This document shows, piece by piece, positions 9,039 through 18,323 of a DNA stretch of 52,474 nt. Made by a program: the position numbers and the translations under genes. This DNA comes from Acutalibacteraceae bacterium (GTDB lineage Bacteria; Bacillota; Clostridia; Oscillospirales; Acutalibacteraceae): positions 1 through 52,474 of the forward strand of contig JAZSAH010000019.1 of the NCBI GenBank assembly GCA_045601745.1, read 5' to 3'. Below the pieces are notes generated by a model that had not been told where the DNA came from, did not search any database, and worked only from the letters and a program-made list of their open reading frames with translations. How positions within the stretch are numbered: position 1 is the stretch's first letter; each line of letters starts with the position of its first letter.

Positions 9039-10961
9039 ATGTTCTCAAAAATCATTGCGGTTATAATATCCTTTATTTCTGTTTTATCTTCTCCGTTCTC
9101 ACAGTTGTTTTCTGAAATTGATCTAAAATCAGAGCTGTCAAAGGGATGCTATGAAAGCCCGTATATTAAAAGACCTCTTGACGGAATAACCGTTAACGGC
9201 GTTTCGGTTGAAGAATATACCGTCGTTACCCAAGGAAAAGGTGAACTGTATTCCGATGCGGCTGAAACTCTTTGCAATGAAATTCACAGAGCTTGCGGTA
9301 TAAAAATTGAAACATCCCGAAAAACAGATAAAAAAGCTTTTATAATCAATGAAGTGATGAACAATACTGATGATTTCAACATTAAAGTTGATAACGGTAA
9401 TGTTTATATCACCGGCAATTCAAAAGTCGGAATTTCAAGAGGAATAACCGCATTTTCCGATGAATTATTACTTGACTCCAAAGGTGTTTATGACTTTAAA
9501 GACGGCTATGAGTTTTGCAAAACATTTTCGGATTATGTAACTTATGAGAATTTCGGCGCAGTCGGTGACGGCAAAACAGACGACTTTGATGCCATTGTTA
9601 AAACTCATGAATATGCAAATGAAAACGGTCTGAGCGTTTTCGCAAATGAATCGGCAACATATTATATAGGCGGTGCGGATAAAACCGCTGTTATTATGAC
9701 GGATACCGATTGGTCAACAGCTCGCTTTATTATTGATGACACAGCAGTTGAAAACAGAAGTGCATGGATATTCAACATTGCTCCCACACAGGGTTCGGTT
9801 AATATCACTGACCGTGTCAGTCCCGTTAAGTCCGATGCAAAGAATATCGGGACAGCACTTGAAAGCGAAAGTCTTGTTGTTCTTACCGATTCAAATGTAA
9901 AGAGATATATCCGCAAAGGAGCTAATCAGAATTCGGGCAGCAATCAGACCGATGTAATACTTGTTGATGAAAACGGAAACATTTCGTCTGAAACACCTCT
10001 TATCTGGGATTTTGATGCCGTAACCTCCGCAACAGCTTATCCTGTTGACAAAGAAAAACTGACAGTAAAAGGCGGGAAATTCACAACTGTTGCAAACAAC
10101 GCTCCGTCAGAATATAACTATTATTCAAGAGGAATTCTTGTAAGACGCTCAAATACCGTTATTGAAAGATTATATCATGTCATTGAAAATGAGGGGAAAA
10201 CAGGCGCACCTTATTCAGCGTTCATCAGTCTTTCATGCTGTTCAGGTGTTACGGTAAAAGACTCAACATTTACAGGACATAAAAAATATTCAACAACAGG
10301 TTCAGCAGGAACATCCGTAACAATGGGAACCTATGATATAGGTGCTGCATCGTCAATTAATGCAAAATTCATAAACTGTAATCAGACGAATGACATAACC
10401 GATATTGATTATTGGGGAATTGCCGGCACGAACTATTGCAAGAATCTTGTTTATGACGGCTGTGCTCTTTCACGCTTTGATGCTCATCAGGGCGTTCTCA
10501 ATGCAACGGTCATCAACTCCGTCCTCGGTCATCACGGAATAAAGCTTATCGGAAGCGGAACTGCGCTGATTGAAAATACAACAGTTTTAGCCGAAGATTT
10601 TGTTGACCTTCGTCCGGATTACGGTTCAACCTGGAACGGGGACCTTATTATCCGCAACTGTAAATTTTATCCCTCAGGCATTTCTAATCATATTATAAAT
10701 GCTGAAAATTCAGAGGATCACGATTTCGGATACGTTTGTTATCTGCCTCAGAAAGTAGAAATCGACGGTTTGTTTGTTCACAGACCCGGAAACAGTTATC
10801 TTTTCACAAAAGTAAATTCAAAACATAATTCCGATTCATATAATGCTCAATATCCCGTTGTTCCTCCCGAGGAGATTATCGTTAAGAATTTCAGCAATCT
10901 TTTTTTCGGAGAACTTTATGTTTCTAAGAACAAAGCATTGTTCAGGGTTGAAATATCTTAA
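9039..10961 (+). CDS. Exported right-handed beta-helix (pectate lyase 3-like) protein with an N-terminal accessory domain
   Basis: Hydrophobic N-terminus; DYVTYENFGAVGDGKTDDFDAI pectate_lyase_3-type start; Asn/Thr/Cys beta-helix repeats; N-terminal domain resembles GH20/GH67 N-domains (tentative). Confidence 0.65.
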   Translation: MFSKIIAVIISFISVLSSPFSQLFSEIDLKSELSKGCYESPYIKRPLDGITVNGVSVEEYTVVTQGKGELYSDAAETLCNEIHRACGIKIETSRKTDKKAFIINEVMNNTDDFNIKVDNGNVYITGNSKVGISRGITAFSDELLLDSKGVYDFKDGYEFCKTFSDYVTYENFGAVGDGKTDDFDAIVKTHEYANENGLSVFANESATYYIGGADKTAVIMTDTDWSTARFIIDDTAVENRSAWIFNIAPTQGSVNITDRVSPVKSDAKNIGTALESESLVVLTDSNVKRYIRKGANQNSGSNQTDVILVDENGNISSETPLIWDFDAVTSATAYPVDKEKLTVKGGKFTTVANNAPSEYNYYSRGILVRRSNTVIERLYHVIENEGKTGAPYSAFISLSCCSGVTVKDSTFTGHKKYSTTGSAGTSVTMGTYDIGAASSINAKFINCNQTNDITDIDYWGIAGTNYCKNLVYDGCALSRFDAHQGVLNATVINSVLGHHGIKLIGSGTALIENTTVLAEDFVDLRPDYGSTWNGDLIIRNCKFYPSGISNHIINAENSEDHDFGYVCYLPQKVEIDGLFVHRPGNSYLFTKVNSKHNSDSYNAQYPVVPPEEIIVKNFSNLFFGELYVSKNKALFRVEIS

Positions 10962-11102
10962 AAATGAATTCAGTAGTGCGTTTTTAACAGAAATTGATGC
11001 TTATTTTTGTTGAAAAAACAGAATTTTAAAAAAGTATTTCCGTATTATGAAAAAAGTGATAGAATATATAAGAAGTTCTATGATTAAATCAGGAGGTCAA
11101 AA

Positions 11103-13037
11103 ATGAAAAAGTTTATTTCAATTATTCTTACAATAGCACTTCTCATTCCCTGTGCGGTTATTCCTGCAAGCGCACAGCAGAAAACCAAAGTTGTTAACAG
11201 AAAATCCGATAATGCGGAGTGTGCATTTACGGAAGGAACAAACAGTCTCGTTGTATTTGTAACCGGTATCGGTCAGAGCTATTCTTATCTTTTTGATGAG
11301 AGCTATATTCAGGAAGGTGCTTTCGAGAAAGGCACTCTTCAGGATTACGAAAACTATGCTCCTCTTATTGCGGAAGGCAAATATAATTCCAGATGGAATC
11401 TGTTTAACAGTTTTGATGAAGCTTTTTCAGATTCAAGCACAATAACAACAATTATAGGTGCTGTTTTTGAACTTCTTTTCTCATCATTCATCAGATACAA
11501 TTTTATCGACCAGGATAAGGTTGATAAGATTGTCAGAGACCTTTTCAAATTCAATATTGTTGATGAAAACGGCAATGCAAATCCCAGAGTTGTTACTCCC
11601 AGATATACCGTTCCCGTTTCTGAATTTCCCGGTATAATTGATGAAAACGGCAACTTTGAAAGCGAAGCTAAGAACCGTTTCTATTCTTCAATTCCGTGCA
11701 AGGATATTGCTCTTGAAAAATTCGGCGAAAACTATGAAGATTATCTTTATGTTTTCAATTATAACGCTTTTTCATACACATCGAAAAATGTTGAAGCTCT
11801 TCACGAATTTGTTGAAAAAATCCTCGCTGAAAACAAAGTCGGAGCAAAGGACATTGTGCTTGTTCCAATGAGCATGGGAGCTTCCGTTGTTACAGCTTAT
11901 ATGGATGCATATCCCACGGTTGCTCAGAATCATATCAGAAGAGTTGTCAGCATTGTAGGCGCATGGGACGGCAGTGATGTCGTAGCCGACCTTCTGCTCA
12001 GAAGATTCAGCGACAATTCAGCTGACCTTTTCTATAACGGTCTTCTTTCTGACCTTATAGGTGAACCCTGGGGCTATCTTGTGAATATTGCACTTCGTCT
12101 TTTCCCGAAGCGTATTCTCAGAGGTTTTGTTGATATGGCTCTCACAGCAATTGCAACCGAGCTTTTCTGTGCAACTCCTTCACTCTGCAATCTCATACCC
12201 ATTGACCAGTATGATGATATTTCTCATCTTATCGAATCACCGGTTGTTAAGAAAGAAGCTGACGATTTCCAGAAAGCAAAAAAACGCCTTGATACAACAA
12301 TGTCAAAACTTGAAGCTGAAGGCGTTACATTTTCATTTATTTCCGGCTACGGTCTTCCCTTCGGTGCAATAACTTCCGACTACTCCGCTTTCGGCTTCAT
12401 GAAGAGCGCATCTCTTACCAATTCCGATGAAATCATCAATATTGATTCAACAGCTCCCGGCACTTCATATGTTACATACGGAACAAAATTTGAAGATACC
12501 GAAGGCAGAGAACTTTCACCCGACGGTTCACTTGATATTTCAACAACACTCCGCAAGGAATCTTCATGGTTCTTCTATCAGCAGAAGCATGAGCTCGAGT
12601 ATAACAACACAGCCATCGCTCTTGCTCTTGAACTTGCAACAGGTAATGTCAAGACAGTTTCCGACTGTGACAATCCCGATGAAGATGAATTCTATTTCCC
12701 CCAGTTCAACGGTGCAAGAAACCTCAAGGATTATAAGAGAAGCTGGCTTCCCGACCTTGAAAGATATTGCAAAGAAACCGGTTATACACTTACTGCAGAA
12801 CAGGAAAATATTCTTGCCAAGGCAGAAGCAATGGCAGAAAATCCCATCAACAATCCCGAGGTTGATGAACCGATTCTTCAGGAAGTTCATGATATGCTTG
12901 TTGAAATAGGCGTATATTCACCCGAAGAAGAACCCGGCTTCTTTGATAAAGCTCTTAACAAAACTCTCAAAAGCGCAAATGATATAACATACAAGATTTT
13001 CGGCGCTAAAGGGTTCTTTGATTTCTTTACCAAATAA
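11103..13037 (+). CDS. Secreted alpha/beta-hydrolase (lipase/acyltransferase-like)
   Basis: Signal peptide ending ASA; VVFVTGIGQS oxyanion-like strand; VLVPMSMG nucleophile elbow; IRRVVSIVGAWDGS. Confidence 0.6.
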   Translation: MKKFISIILTIALLIPCAVIPASAQQKTKVVNRKSDNAECAFTEGTNSLVVFVTGIGQSYSYLFDESYIQEGAFEKGTLQDYENYAPLIAEGKYNSRWNLFNSFDEAFSDSSTITTIIGAVFELLFSSFIRYNFIDQDKVDKIVRDLFKFNIVDENGNANPRVVTPRYTVPVSEFPGIIDENGNFESEAKNRFYSSIPCKDIALEKFGENYEDYLYVFNYNAFSYTSKNVEALHEFVEKILAENKVGAKDIVLVPMSMGASVVTAYMDAYPTVAQNHIRRVVSIVGAWDGSDVVADLLLRRFSDNSADLFYNGLLSDLIGEPWGYLVNIALRLFPKRILRGFVDMALTAIATELFCATPSLCNLIPIDQYDDISHLIESPVVKKEADDFQKAKKRLDTTMSKLEAEGVTFSFISGYGLPFGAITSDYSAFGFMKSASLTNSDEIINIDSTAPGTSYVTYGTKFEDTEGRELSPDGSLDISTTLRKESSWFFYQQKHELEYNNTAIALALELATGNVKTVSDCDNPDEDEFYFPQFNGARNLKDYKRSWLPDLERYCKETGYTLTAEQENILAKAEAMAENPINNPEVDEPILQEVHDMLVEIGVYSPEEEPGFFDKALNKTLKSANDITYKIFGAKGFFDFFTK

Positions 13038-13047
13038 CAGTTTCATT

Positions 13048-13085
13048 ACAGTATCCTCTGTATTGATGCAGAGGATACTGTTTAT
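13048..13085 (+). terminator. Strong hairpin (terminator or stabiliser) between the lipase-like and ceramidase-like genes
   Basis: ACAGTATCCTCTGTA / TGCAGAGGATACTGT 15-bp stem, short T tract. Confidence 0.6.
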
Positions 13086-13115
13086 ATGCTTAATAATTAT
13101 TATGGAGGTTAACAT

Positions 13116-14780
13116 ATGAAGAAAAAGTATTTCCGAATTATTTCAGTTATTCTTTGTTTTTCTATTCTTATTTCAGGAATATCAGTCGGTTCTTTTGCGG
13201 CGCAGGAACAGAATGTTACCGTAACACAGGATGAATCTGTGGAAGACGGTTTTATGAAAGGCTTATATAACACGCTCAATGTTATTGTTGAGGGATTGGT
13301 TAAATCCATCTGTGCAATATATGTAAATCCCAAGGATTGGAAAAGCATCGATGATTACGATTCCGAGGAAATCGGATTTATGCCCGGCAGAGATAAATAC
13401 CAGACATCCGCCGGCGAGAATAATGTATGGAAACTCGGTTATTCAAAAAAGAGCATAGTTCCTGATGATATCGAGAGCGGAAAATATAATATCGGCAGAG
13501 ATCTGCTCAATAAATTCGCTCAGGGTGTATATGATGACCAGTGTATCCGTGTTGCGGTGATTGATGACAACAGCGGTGAGGGTGCCGTTGTTCTCGGCGC
13601 AATAGATTCACTCGGAGTCACTTCGACTGATATACGCACAATCCGTAAAGCTGTTCTTGAATATTGCAAAACTCAGGGTATCAAAGTTGCAAGCATAAAT
13701 ATCAGCGCAACTCATGCTCATTCCGCACTTGATACACAGGGTGTAAGCACCGAGTTTTTCAGGAAGCTTTTCGGTTCATTCTGGTGCAATCTCATTGGTT
13801 TTGACGGAACAATGGCAGGTCTTGAAACAGCCGATAAGTTCAAACAGCATTTTATCGGCGTTTCCGTTGAAGCAATAAAAGAAGCTTTGAGTAAGATGGA
13901 AGACGGTAAGCTTTATTTTTCTTCAATCGACATGAGTGAATATTTCAAAGATAAGAGAGAGCTTATTTCAAAAGAAGATTTGCCCGAAACAGCAAGCTTT
14001 AAGTTTGTTCCCGCTTCGGGAAATCCCGCAACATATATCAGTGATATAACCTGCCATGCAACATCGTTCAGTGCAAGCAACAATCTTGTCGGTTCAGACT
14101 ATATCTATTACGCAGATGAATATATCAAAAATACCGACGGCGGTAATTTCATCATGGTTCCCGGAGCAGTTGGACAGGTTTCCCGTGATATCGACGTTGA
14201 CACAACGGGCATGACTGAACACGAAGAAAAGGGTGCAAGTGCAAGAAAACTCGGTCAGCTTGTCGGCGCAAAAATAGTTGAAGCTGATTATTCAACAGAG
14301 CTTTCACCTGTTATTAATGTAAAACACAGAGAACTCTTTATTACTCCCGAAAACAGCATTCTCACTCTTGCTTGCGAAATCGGACTTGTAAACAACAAGA
14401 TTTTCTATGACGGTTTTCTTCTCAAAAAATATTGCATGGCAACTGAAATGGGTTATCTTGAATTCGGCAACAAAGTTGCTCTGGCTCTCTTCCCCGGCGA
14501 ACTTTATCCCGAGGTTTTCTGGGATGACGAAATAACCGGCGGTGCTAACTGGGACGGTACGGAATGGCCTTATGACAGCCTTTCAACAGCCGTTGAAGGT
14601 GTTGCAACCTATCCCGTAAGTCTTACAAATGATGCTATCGGTTATGTTCTCACAGATAACAATTTTGCATTTATGGGCCACATTATCGGCGACGGAATTG
14701 CCGATGAAACACTTTCTGTCGGCAAACATATCGGTTCTTATCTCGTAACCGAATATCTTGCACTTATTGATTCTCTTTAA
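13116..14780 (+). CDS. Secreted neutral/alkaline ceramidase-family-like hydrolase
   Basis: Signal peptide ending SFA; ISATHAHSA motif, TCHAT, PGAVGQVS, LFPGELYPE, LTNDAIGY. Confidence 0.6.
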   Translation: MKKKYFRIISVILCFSILISGISVGSFAAQEQNVTVTQDESVEDGFMKGLYNTLNVIVEGLVKSICAIYVNPKDWKSIDDYDSEEIGFMPGRDKYQTSAGENNVWKLGYSKKSIVPDDIESGKYNIGRDLLNKFAQGVYDDQCIRVAVIDDNSGEGAVVLGAIDSLGVTSTDIRTIRKAVLEYCKTQGIKVASINISATHAHSALDTQGVSTEFFRKLFGSFWCNLIGFDGTMAGLETADKFKQHFIGVSVEAIKEALSKMEDGKLYFSSIDMSEYFKDKRELISKEDLPETASFKFVPASGNPATYISDITCHATSFSASNNLVGSDYIYYADEYIKNTDGGNFIMVPGAVGQVSRDIDVDTTGMTEHEEKGASARKLGQLVGAKIVEADYSTELSPVINVKHRELFITPENSILTLACEIGLVNNKIFYDGFLLKKYCMATEMGYLEFGNKVALALFPGELYPEVFWDDEITGGANWDGTEWPYDSLSTAVEGVATYPVSLTNDAIGYVLTDNNFAFMGHIIGDGIADETLSVGKHIGSYLVTEYLALIDSL

Positions 14781-14796
14781 TATTCGCATTATTATT

Positions 14797-14833
14797 AAGG
14801 TGCAATGGGAAGTTGTTTCCCGTTGCACTTTAT
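14797..14833 (+). terminator. Intrinsic terminator-like hairpin
   Basis: AAGGTGCAATGGGAA / TTCCCGTTGCACTTT. Confidence 0.6.
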
Positions 14834-14864
14834 AGTTTAAAATATCAACTATTGTGAGGAAAAA

Positions 14865-15740
14865 ATGAAAATCAAAATAAATCCTCGGTTAATGATGGCA
14901 ATTTCGATGGCAATATTCGGTACAATACCTTTATTTGTGCGGAATATTAACGTTTCCTCTGCCGAATTGGCACTTTACAGGGCTATACTTGCCGTTATAT
15001 TAATCGGAGCATTTCTTTTAATTACAAAACAGAAAATCCCTTTCGGTAAAATCAAAAAAGAACTTCCTTTATTGTTTTTATCGGGTGTTGCCATAGGCGT
15101 TAACTGGATTCTGCTTTTTGAAGCATATAAGTATACAACCGTTTCCGTAGCAACGCTCAGTTATTATTTTGCGCCAGTTATTGTTATGGCTTTGAGTCCC
15201 GTATTCTTCAAAGAAAAACCTTCCGTCAGACAAATTATATGTTTTATTATGTCAACGGTCGGTCTTGTTATGATTACCGGAACAGGCGACGCTGAGAAAG
15301 GCAGAAATTATATAGGTATTTTGTTCGGTCTCGGTGCAGCGGTGTTTTATGCAACGGCTGTTTTTATTAATAAATTCACCGGAAATGTCGGCGGTATACA
15401 CAGAACATTCCTTCAATTTATTTCTGCAATTTCTGTACTTATCCCGTATGTTCTTTTAACGGGCGGAATTACACTCGGCAATGTTGACGGATTCGGCTGG
15501 ATTAATCTTCTTACTGTAGGGTTTGTTCATACGGGTTTGACTTATTGTATGTATTTCTCATCTTTGAAGGAATTATCGGGACAGAAAGCCGCAATTCTCA
15601 GCTATATAGACCCTTTGATAGCTGTATTTATTTCCGTTACCGTATTAAAAGAGTCTATGACTGTATGCCAGGCTGTCGGCGGTTTGTTGATTCTCGGATT
15701 TACATTTTTTGACGGAATTTCCTCAAAAAACAATCAGTAA
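14865..15740 (+). CDS. EamA/DMT family transporter
   Basis: About 10 TM segments in two repeats; AYKYTTVSVATLSYYFAP, SYIDPLIAV. Confidence 0.9.
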   Translation: MKIKINPRLMMAISMAIFGTIPLFVRNINVSSAELALYRAILAVILIGAFLLITKQKIPFGKIKKELPLLFLSGVAIGVNWILLFEAYKYTTVSVATLSYYFAPVIVMALSPVFFKEKPSVRQIICFIMSTVGLVMITGTGDAEKGRNYIGILFGLGAAVFYATAVFINKFTGNVGGIHRTFLQFISAISVLIPYVLLTGGITLGNVDGFGWINLLTVGFVHTGLTYCMYFSSLKELSGQKAAILSYIDPLIAVFISVTVLKESMTVCQAVGGLLILGFTFFDGISSKNNQ

Positions 15741-15801
15741 TAATAAAAATGTCATATTTAACTTAATTTTATAAATTAATTCATAATCCATAAAAAAGAT
15801 A

Positions 15802-15829
15802 TTGAAAAAAGATGAAATAATGCTATAAT
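15802..15829 (+). promoter_or_regulatory. SigA promoter with extended -10, about 110 nt upstream of the CHAP gene
   Basis: TTGAAA-TGcTATAAT. Confidence 0.55.
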
Positions 15830-15938
15830 CAAAATATAAGAAATCATATCATTTCTTAATCCATCCTTTCGTTTGTCAATTTATTAATCCGGATAAAAAT
15901 TCCGGTTATAATTAAAATCTTAATTTCAGGAAGTTATT

Positions 15939-16715
15939 ATGAAAAGAAGTTTAACATTCAGAATACTATCATTAACGCTTGCTTTTATATTGACTTTTCT
16001 TACACCTGTGATATCATACGCAACTGCAGGTAAATACACGAAAGAAGCCACAGAAGAAACGCGTTTGGCAGTTTCGGAAAGCATTGTTGAAATTGCAAAA
16101 GCGGAAATCGGCTTTTATGAATCCGATATCAATAAATACACAACATGGTATTATGGGCGAGAAAACGAATCCTCGTGGTGTTGTATTTTTGTTTCGTGGT
16201 GTGCAGCGCAGGCAGGGGTTCTTGATTCCGCTATTCCTCAGCGTGCTTCTTGTAACTCAATGAGAAATTGGTTCAAAATGCGAGGACAGTATTATCCGCT
16301 TGAAAGCGGTTATGTTCCCGTAAAAGGGGATATTGTGTTCTATAACGTTGATGTTGACGGAACAGATAATGTCAATCATGTTGAAATTGTAACCGAAAAC
16401 GGTTTTCAGTTTGTCGGAGATGATATAGGGGTAAAGTCCGTCGGCGGTAACACTTCAAATCTTCAGTATCACGGCTGTCAGTATGTAATGGAAAAATTCA
16501 GAGCTGTTGAAAGCAAAAGAGCGCAGATAGTCGGATTTTGTCATCCTTCATATCATAAGGCTGACAGAATTTCGGGGAAGCTCTGTTCATTTTCCGATGA
16601 AATCAGAAGCGGAAATATGAGATATATTCATTCCAAGTATATTTCGATGATTTATCATATTGAAGAATTCTGGTATAAAATATTCCATATGTTTGACGAT
16701 GTTAAAATTTTTTAG
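15939..16715 (+). CDS. Secreted CHAP-domain cell wall amidase/peptidase
   Basis: Signal peptide; IAKAEIG, NKYTTWY, WCCIFVSWCA, GDIVFY, NHVEIV, GGNTS. Confidence 0.85.
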   Translation: MKRSLTFRILSLTLAFILTFLTPVISYATAGKYTKEATEETRLAVSESIVEIAKAEIGFYESDINKYTTWYYGRENESSWCCIFVSWCAAQAGVLDSAIPQRASCNSMRNWFKMRGQYYPLESGYVPVKGDIVFYNVDVDGTDNVNHVEIVTENGFQFVGDDIGVKSVGGNTSNLQYHGCQYVMEKFRAVESKRAQIVGFCHPSYHKADRISGKLCSFSDEIRSGNMRYIHSKYISMIYHIEEFWYKIFHMFDDVKIF

Positions 16716-16724
16716 TCAAATAAT

Positions 16725-16758
16725 GGCTCTCGGATGAAAATCCGGGAGTTTTTATTTT
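16725..16758 (+). terminator. Intrinsic terminator
   Basis: GGCTCTCGGAT-GAAA-ATCCGGGAGTT followed by TTTATTTT. Confidence 0.75.
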
Positions 16759-16763
16759 AACAC

Positions 16764-16792
16764 TTGAAATATATATAGATTATTGTTATAAT
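16764..16792 (+). promoter_or_regulatory. SigA promoter of the tmk operon
   Basis: TTGAAA-17-TATAAT with TG extension. Confidence 0.6.
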
Positions 16793-16823
16793 ATCTATAA
16801 TTATAGCTTAAAATGGAGGAAGT

Positions 16824-17495
16824 ATGGCAGGAAAACTTATTGTTATTGAAGGTCTTGACGGCAGCGGTAAATCAACTCAGGAAGAATTACTCAAAAATAA
16901 ACTTGCGGATATCGGATTAAATGTTAATTTTATCAAGCTTCCGAATTATGACGATCCGGCTTGCGAGCTTGTTAAAATGTATCTTGCAGGCAGATTCGGC
17001 AACAAACCCGGAGATGTCAACGCATATGCCGCATCGGCTTTTTTTGCAGTCGACAGATATGTAAGCTATAATTGCTACTGGAAAGAAAAATATCTTAATG
17101 ATGAGATTTTTCTTGCTGACAGATACACAACCTCCAACGCATACCATCAGCTCACCAAAACTGACAGAGCTGACTGGGACTCCTATCTTGAATGGCTTGA
17201 AGATTTTGAATATAACAAAATGGGCATTCCCAAACCCGATGCTGTTATTTATCTGGATATGCCGATTGAAGTGTCACAGAAGCTTATGACCGGCAGATAC
17301 AACGGTGACGAATCAAAAAAGGATATCCACGAGAAAGATGTTGAATATCTCAACCATTGCCGTGAGGCAGCGGATTATTCTTGCCGTAAACTCGGATGGA
17401 TAAGGATAGAATGCAGCAAAGACGGAGAACCCCTTCCGATTGAAGTGATTTCCGAATCCGTGTTCAAGGCTGTTTCAGAGGTAATAGGTGTTTGA
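16824..17495 (+). CDS. tmk: Thymidylate kinase
   Basis: IEGLDGSGKSTQ P-loop, DRYTTSN, PKPDAVIYLD, DIHE. Confidence 0.93.
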   Translation: MAGKLIVIEGLDGSGKSTQEELLKNKLADIGLNVNFIKLPNYDDPACELVKMYLAGRFGNKPGDVNAYAASAFFAVDRYVSYNCYWKEKYLNDEIFLADRYTTSNAYHQLTKTDRADWDSYLEWLEDFEYNKMGIPKPDAVIYLDMPIEVSQKLMTGRYNGDESKKDIHEKDVEYLNHCREAADYSCRKLGWIRIECSKDGEPLPIEVISESVFKAVSEVIGV

Positions 17496-17498
17496 TTT

Positions 17499-18308
17499 AT
17501 GGTCAGATTATCAACCCATAAAGATATAAGCGGTATAGTTGCCGTCTGGAAAGAGGCTTTCGGGGATTCCGAAAAAGATATAAGGTTTTTTCTTGATTTC
17601 CATTACAAACCGGAAAACACGGTAATATTTGATTTTGACGGTGAAGTTGCTTCTGTATTGTTTTTAATTGACGGAGATATGCATATAAAAGGAAAGAACT
17701 TTCCGTCATATTATCTTTATGCCGCCTGCACTCTCAAAAAATTCAGGGGCATGGGAATGATGTCTGAGATGCTTGATTTTGCAAAGAATCTTGCATATCA
17801 ACGAAATAAGTTTTTTATCGCACTCAAGCCTGCTGAAGATTCACTATATGATTATTATTTCAGATTCGGATATCAATCTGTTTTTTCTAAAAGAATAATT
17901 AATTTCAGCAGAAATGATTCTTTGGAATTCAATTCAAATAACAAAACCGTTGATTATGATTATTTCAGATGGAGCGAAAAATCGGTTGAATTTGCAATTG
18001 AACATCATAAATATTACGGCGGATATATAATCGGTGATTCTAACGGTTATATTCTTTACAGCATTAATAATCATATTTTAAATGTTAAGAAATTCACTTT
18101 TCCGGCAGAAGAATTTTTGAAGAAAATAAAAAATGCCGCATCATATCACGGTGTAGAATCGATCCGTGTTGAATTACCGTATAATTCCGATTTGGATTTG
18201 AAAGATTCAGAGATTGTTAAATCCGGGATGCTTCTTCCGGTTTCCGAAGATGCCGAGCACCTGATTAAAACAATTAAAAACGCTTATCTCTCTCTTACCC
18301 TTGATTAA
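17499..18308 (+). CDS. GNAT family N-acetyltransferase (Eis-like N-terminal part)
   Basis: WKEAFGD, YLYAACTLKKFRGMGMMS (motif A), LYDYYFRFGY. Confidence 0.85.
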   Translation: MVRLSTHKDISGIVAVWKEAFGDSEKDIRFFLDFHYKPENTVIFDFDGEVASVLFLIDGDMHIKGKNFPSYYLYAACTLKKFRGMGMMSEMLDFAKNLAYQRNKFFIALKPAEDSLYDYYFRFGYQSVFSKRIINFSRNDSLEFNSNNKTVDYDYFRWSEKSVEFAIEHHKYYGGYIIGDSNGYILYSINNHILNVKKFTFPAEEFLKKIKNAASYHGVESIRVELPYNSDLDLKDSEIVKSGMLLPVSEDAEHLIKTIKNAYLSLTLD

Positions 18309-18323
18309 TTCGGAGGAATCAAA

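Noticed and set aside
15776-15847. Minus-strand 23-aa hydrophobic ORF (MISYILIIALFHLFSISFLWIMN) as a type I toxin
   Set aside because: SD-like sequence is about 16 nt from the ATG, and hydrophobicity is expected from T-rich sequence
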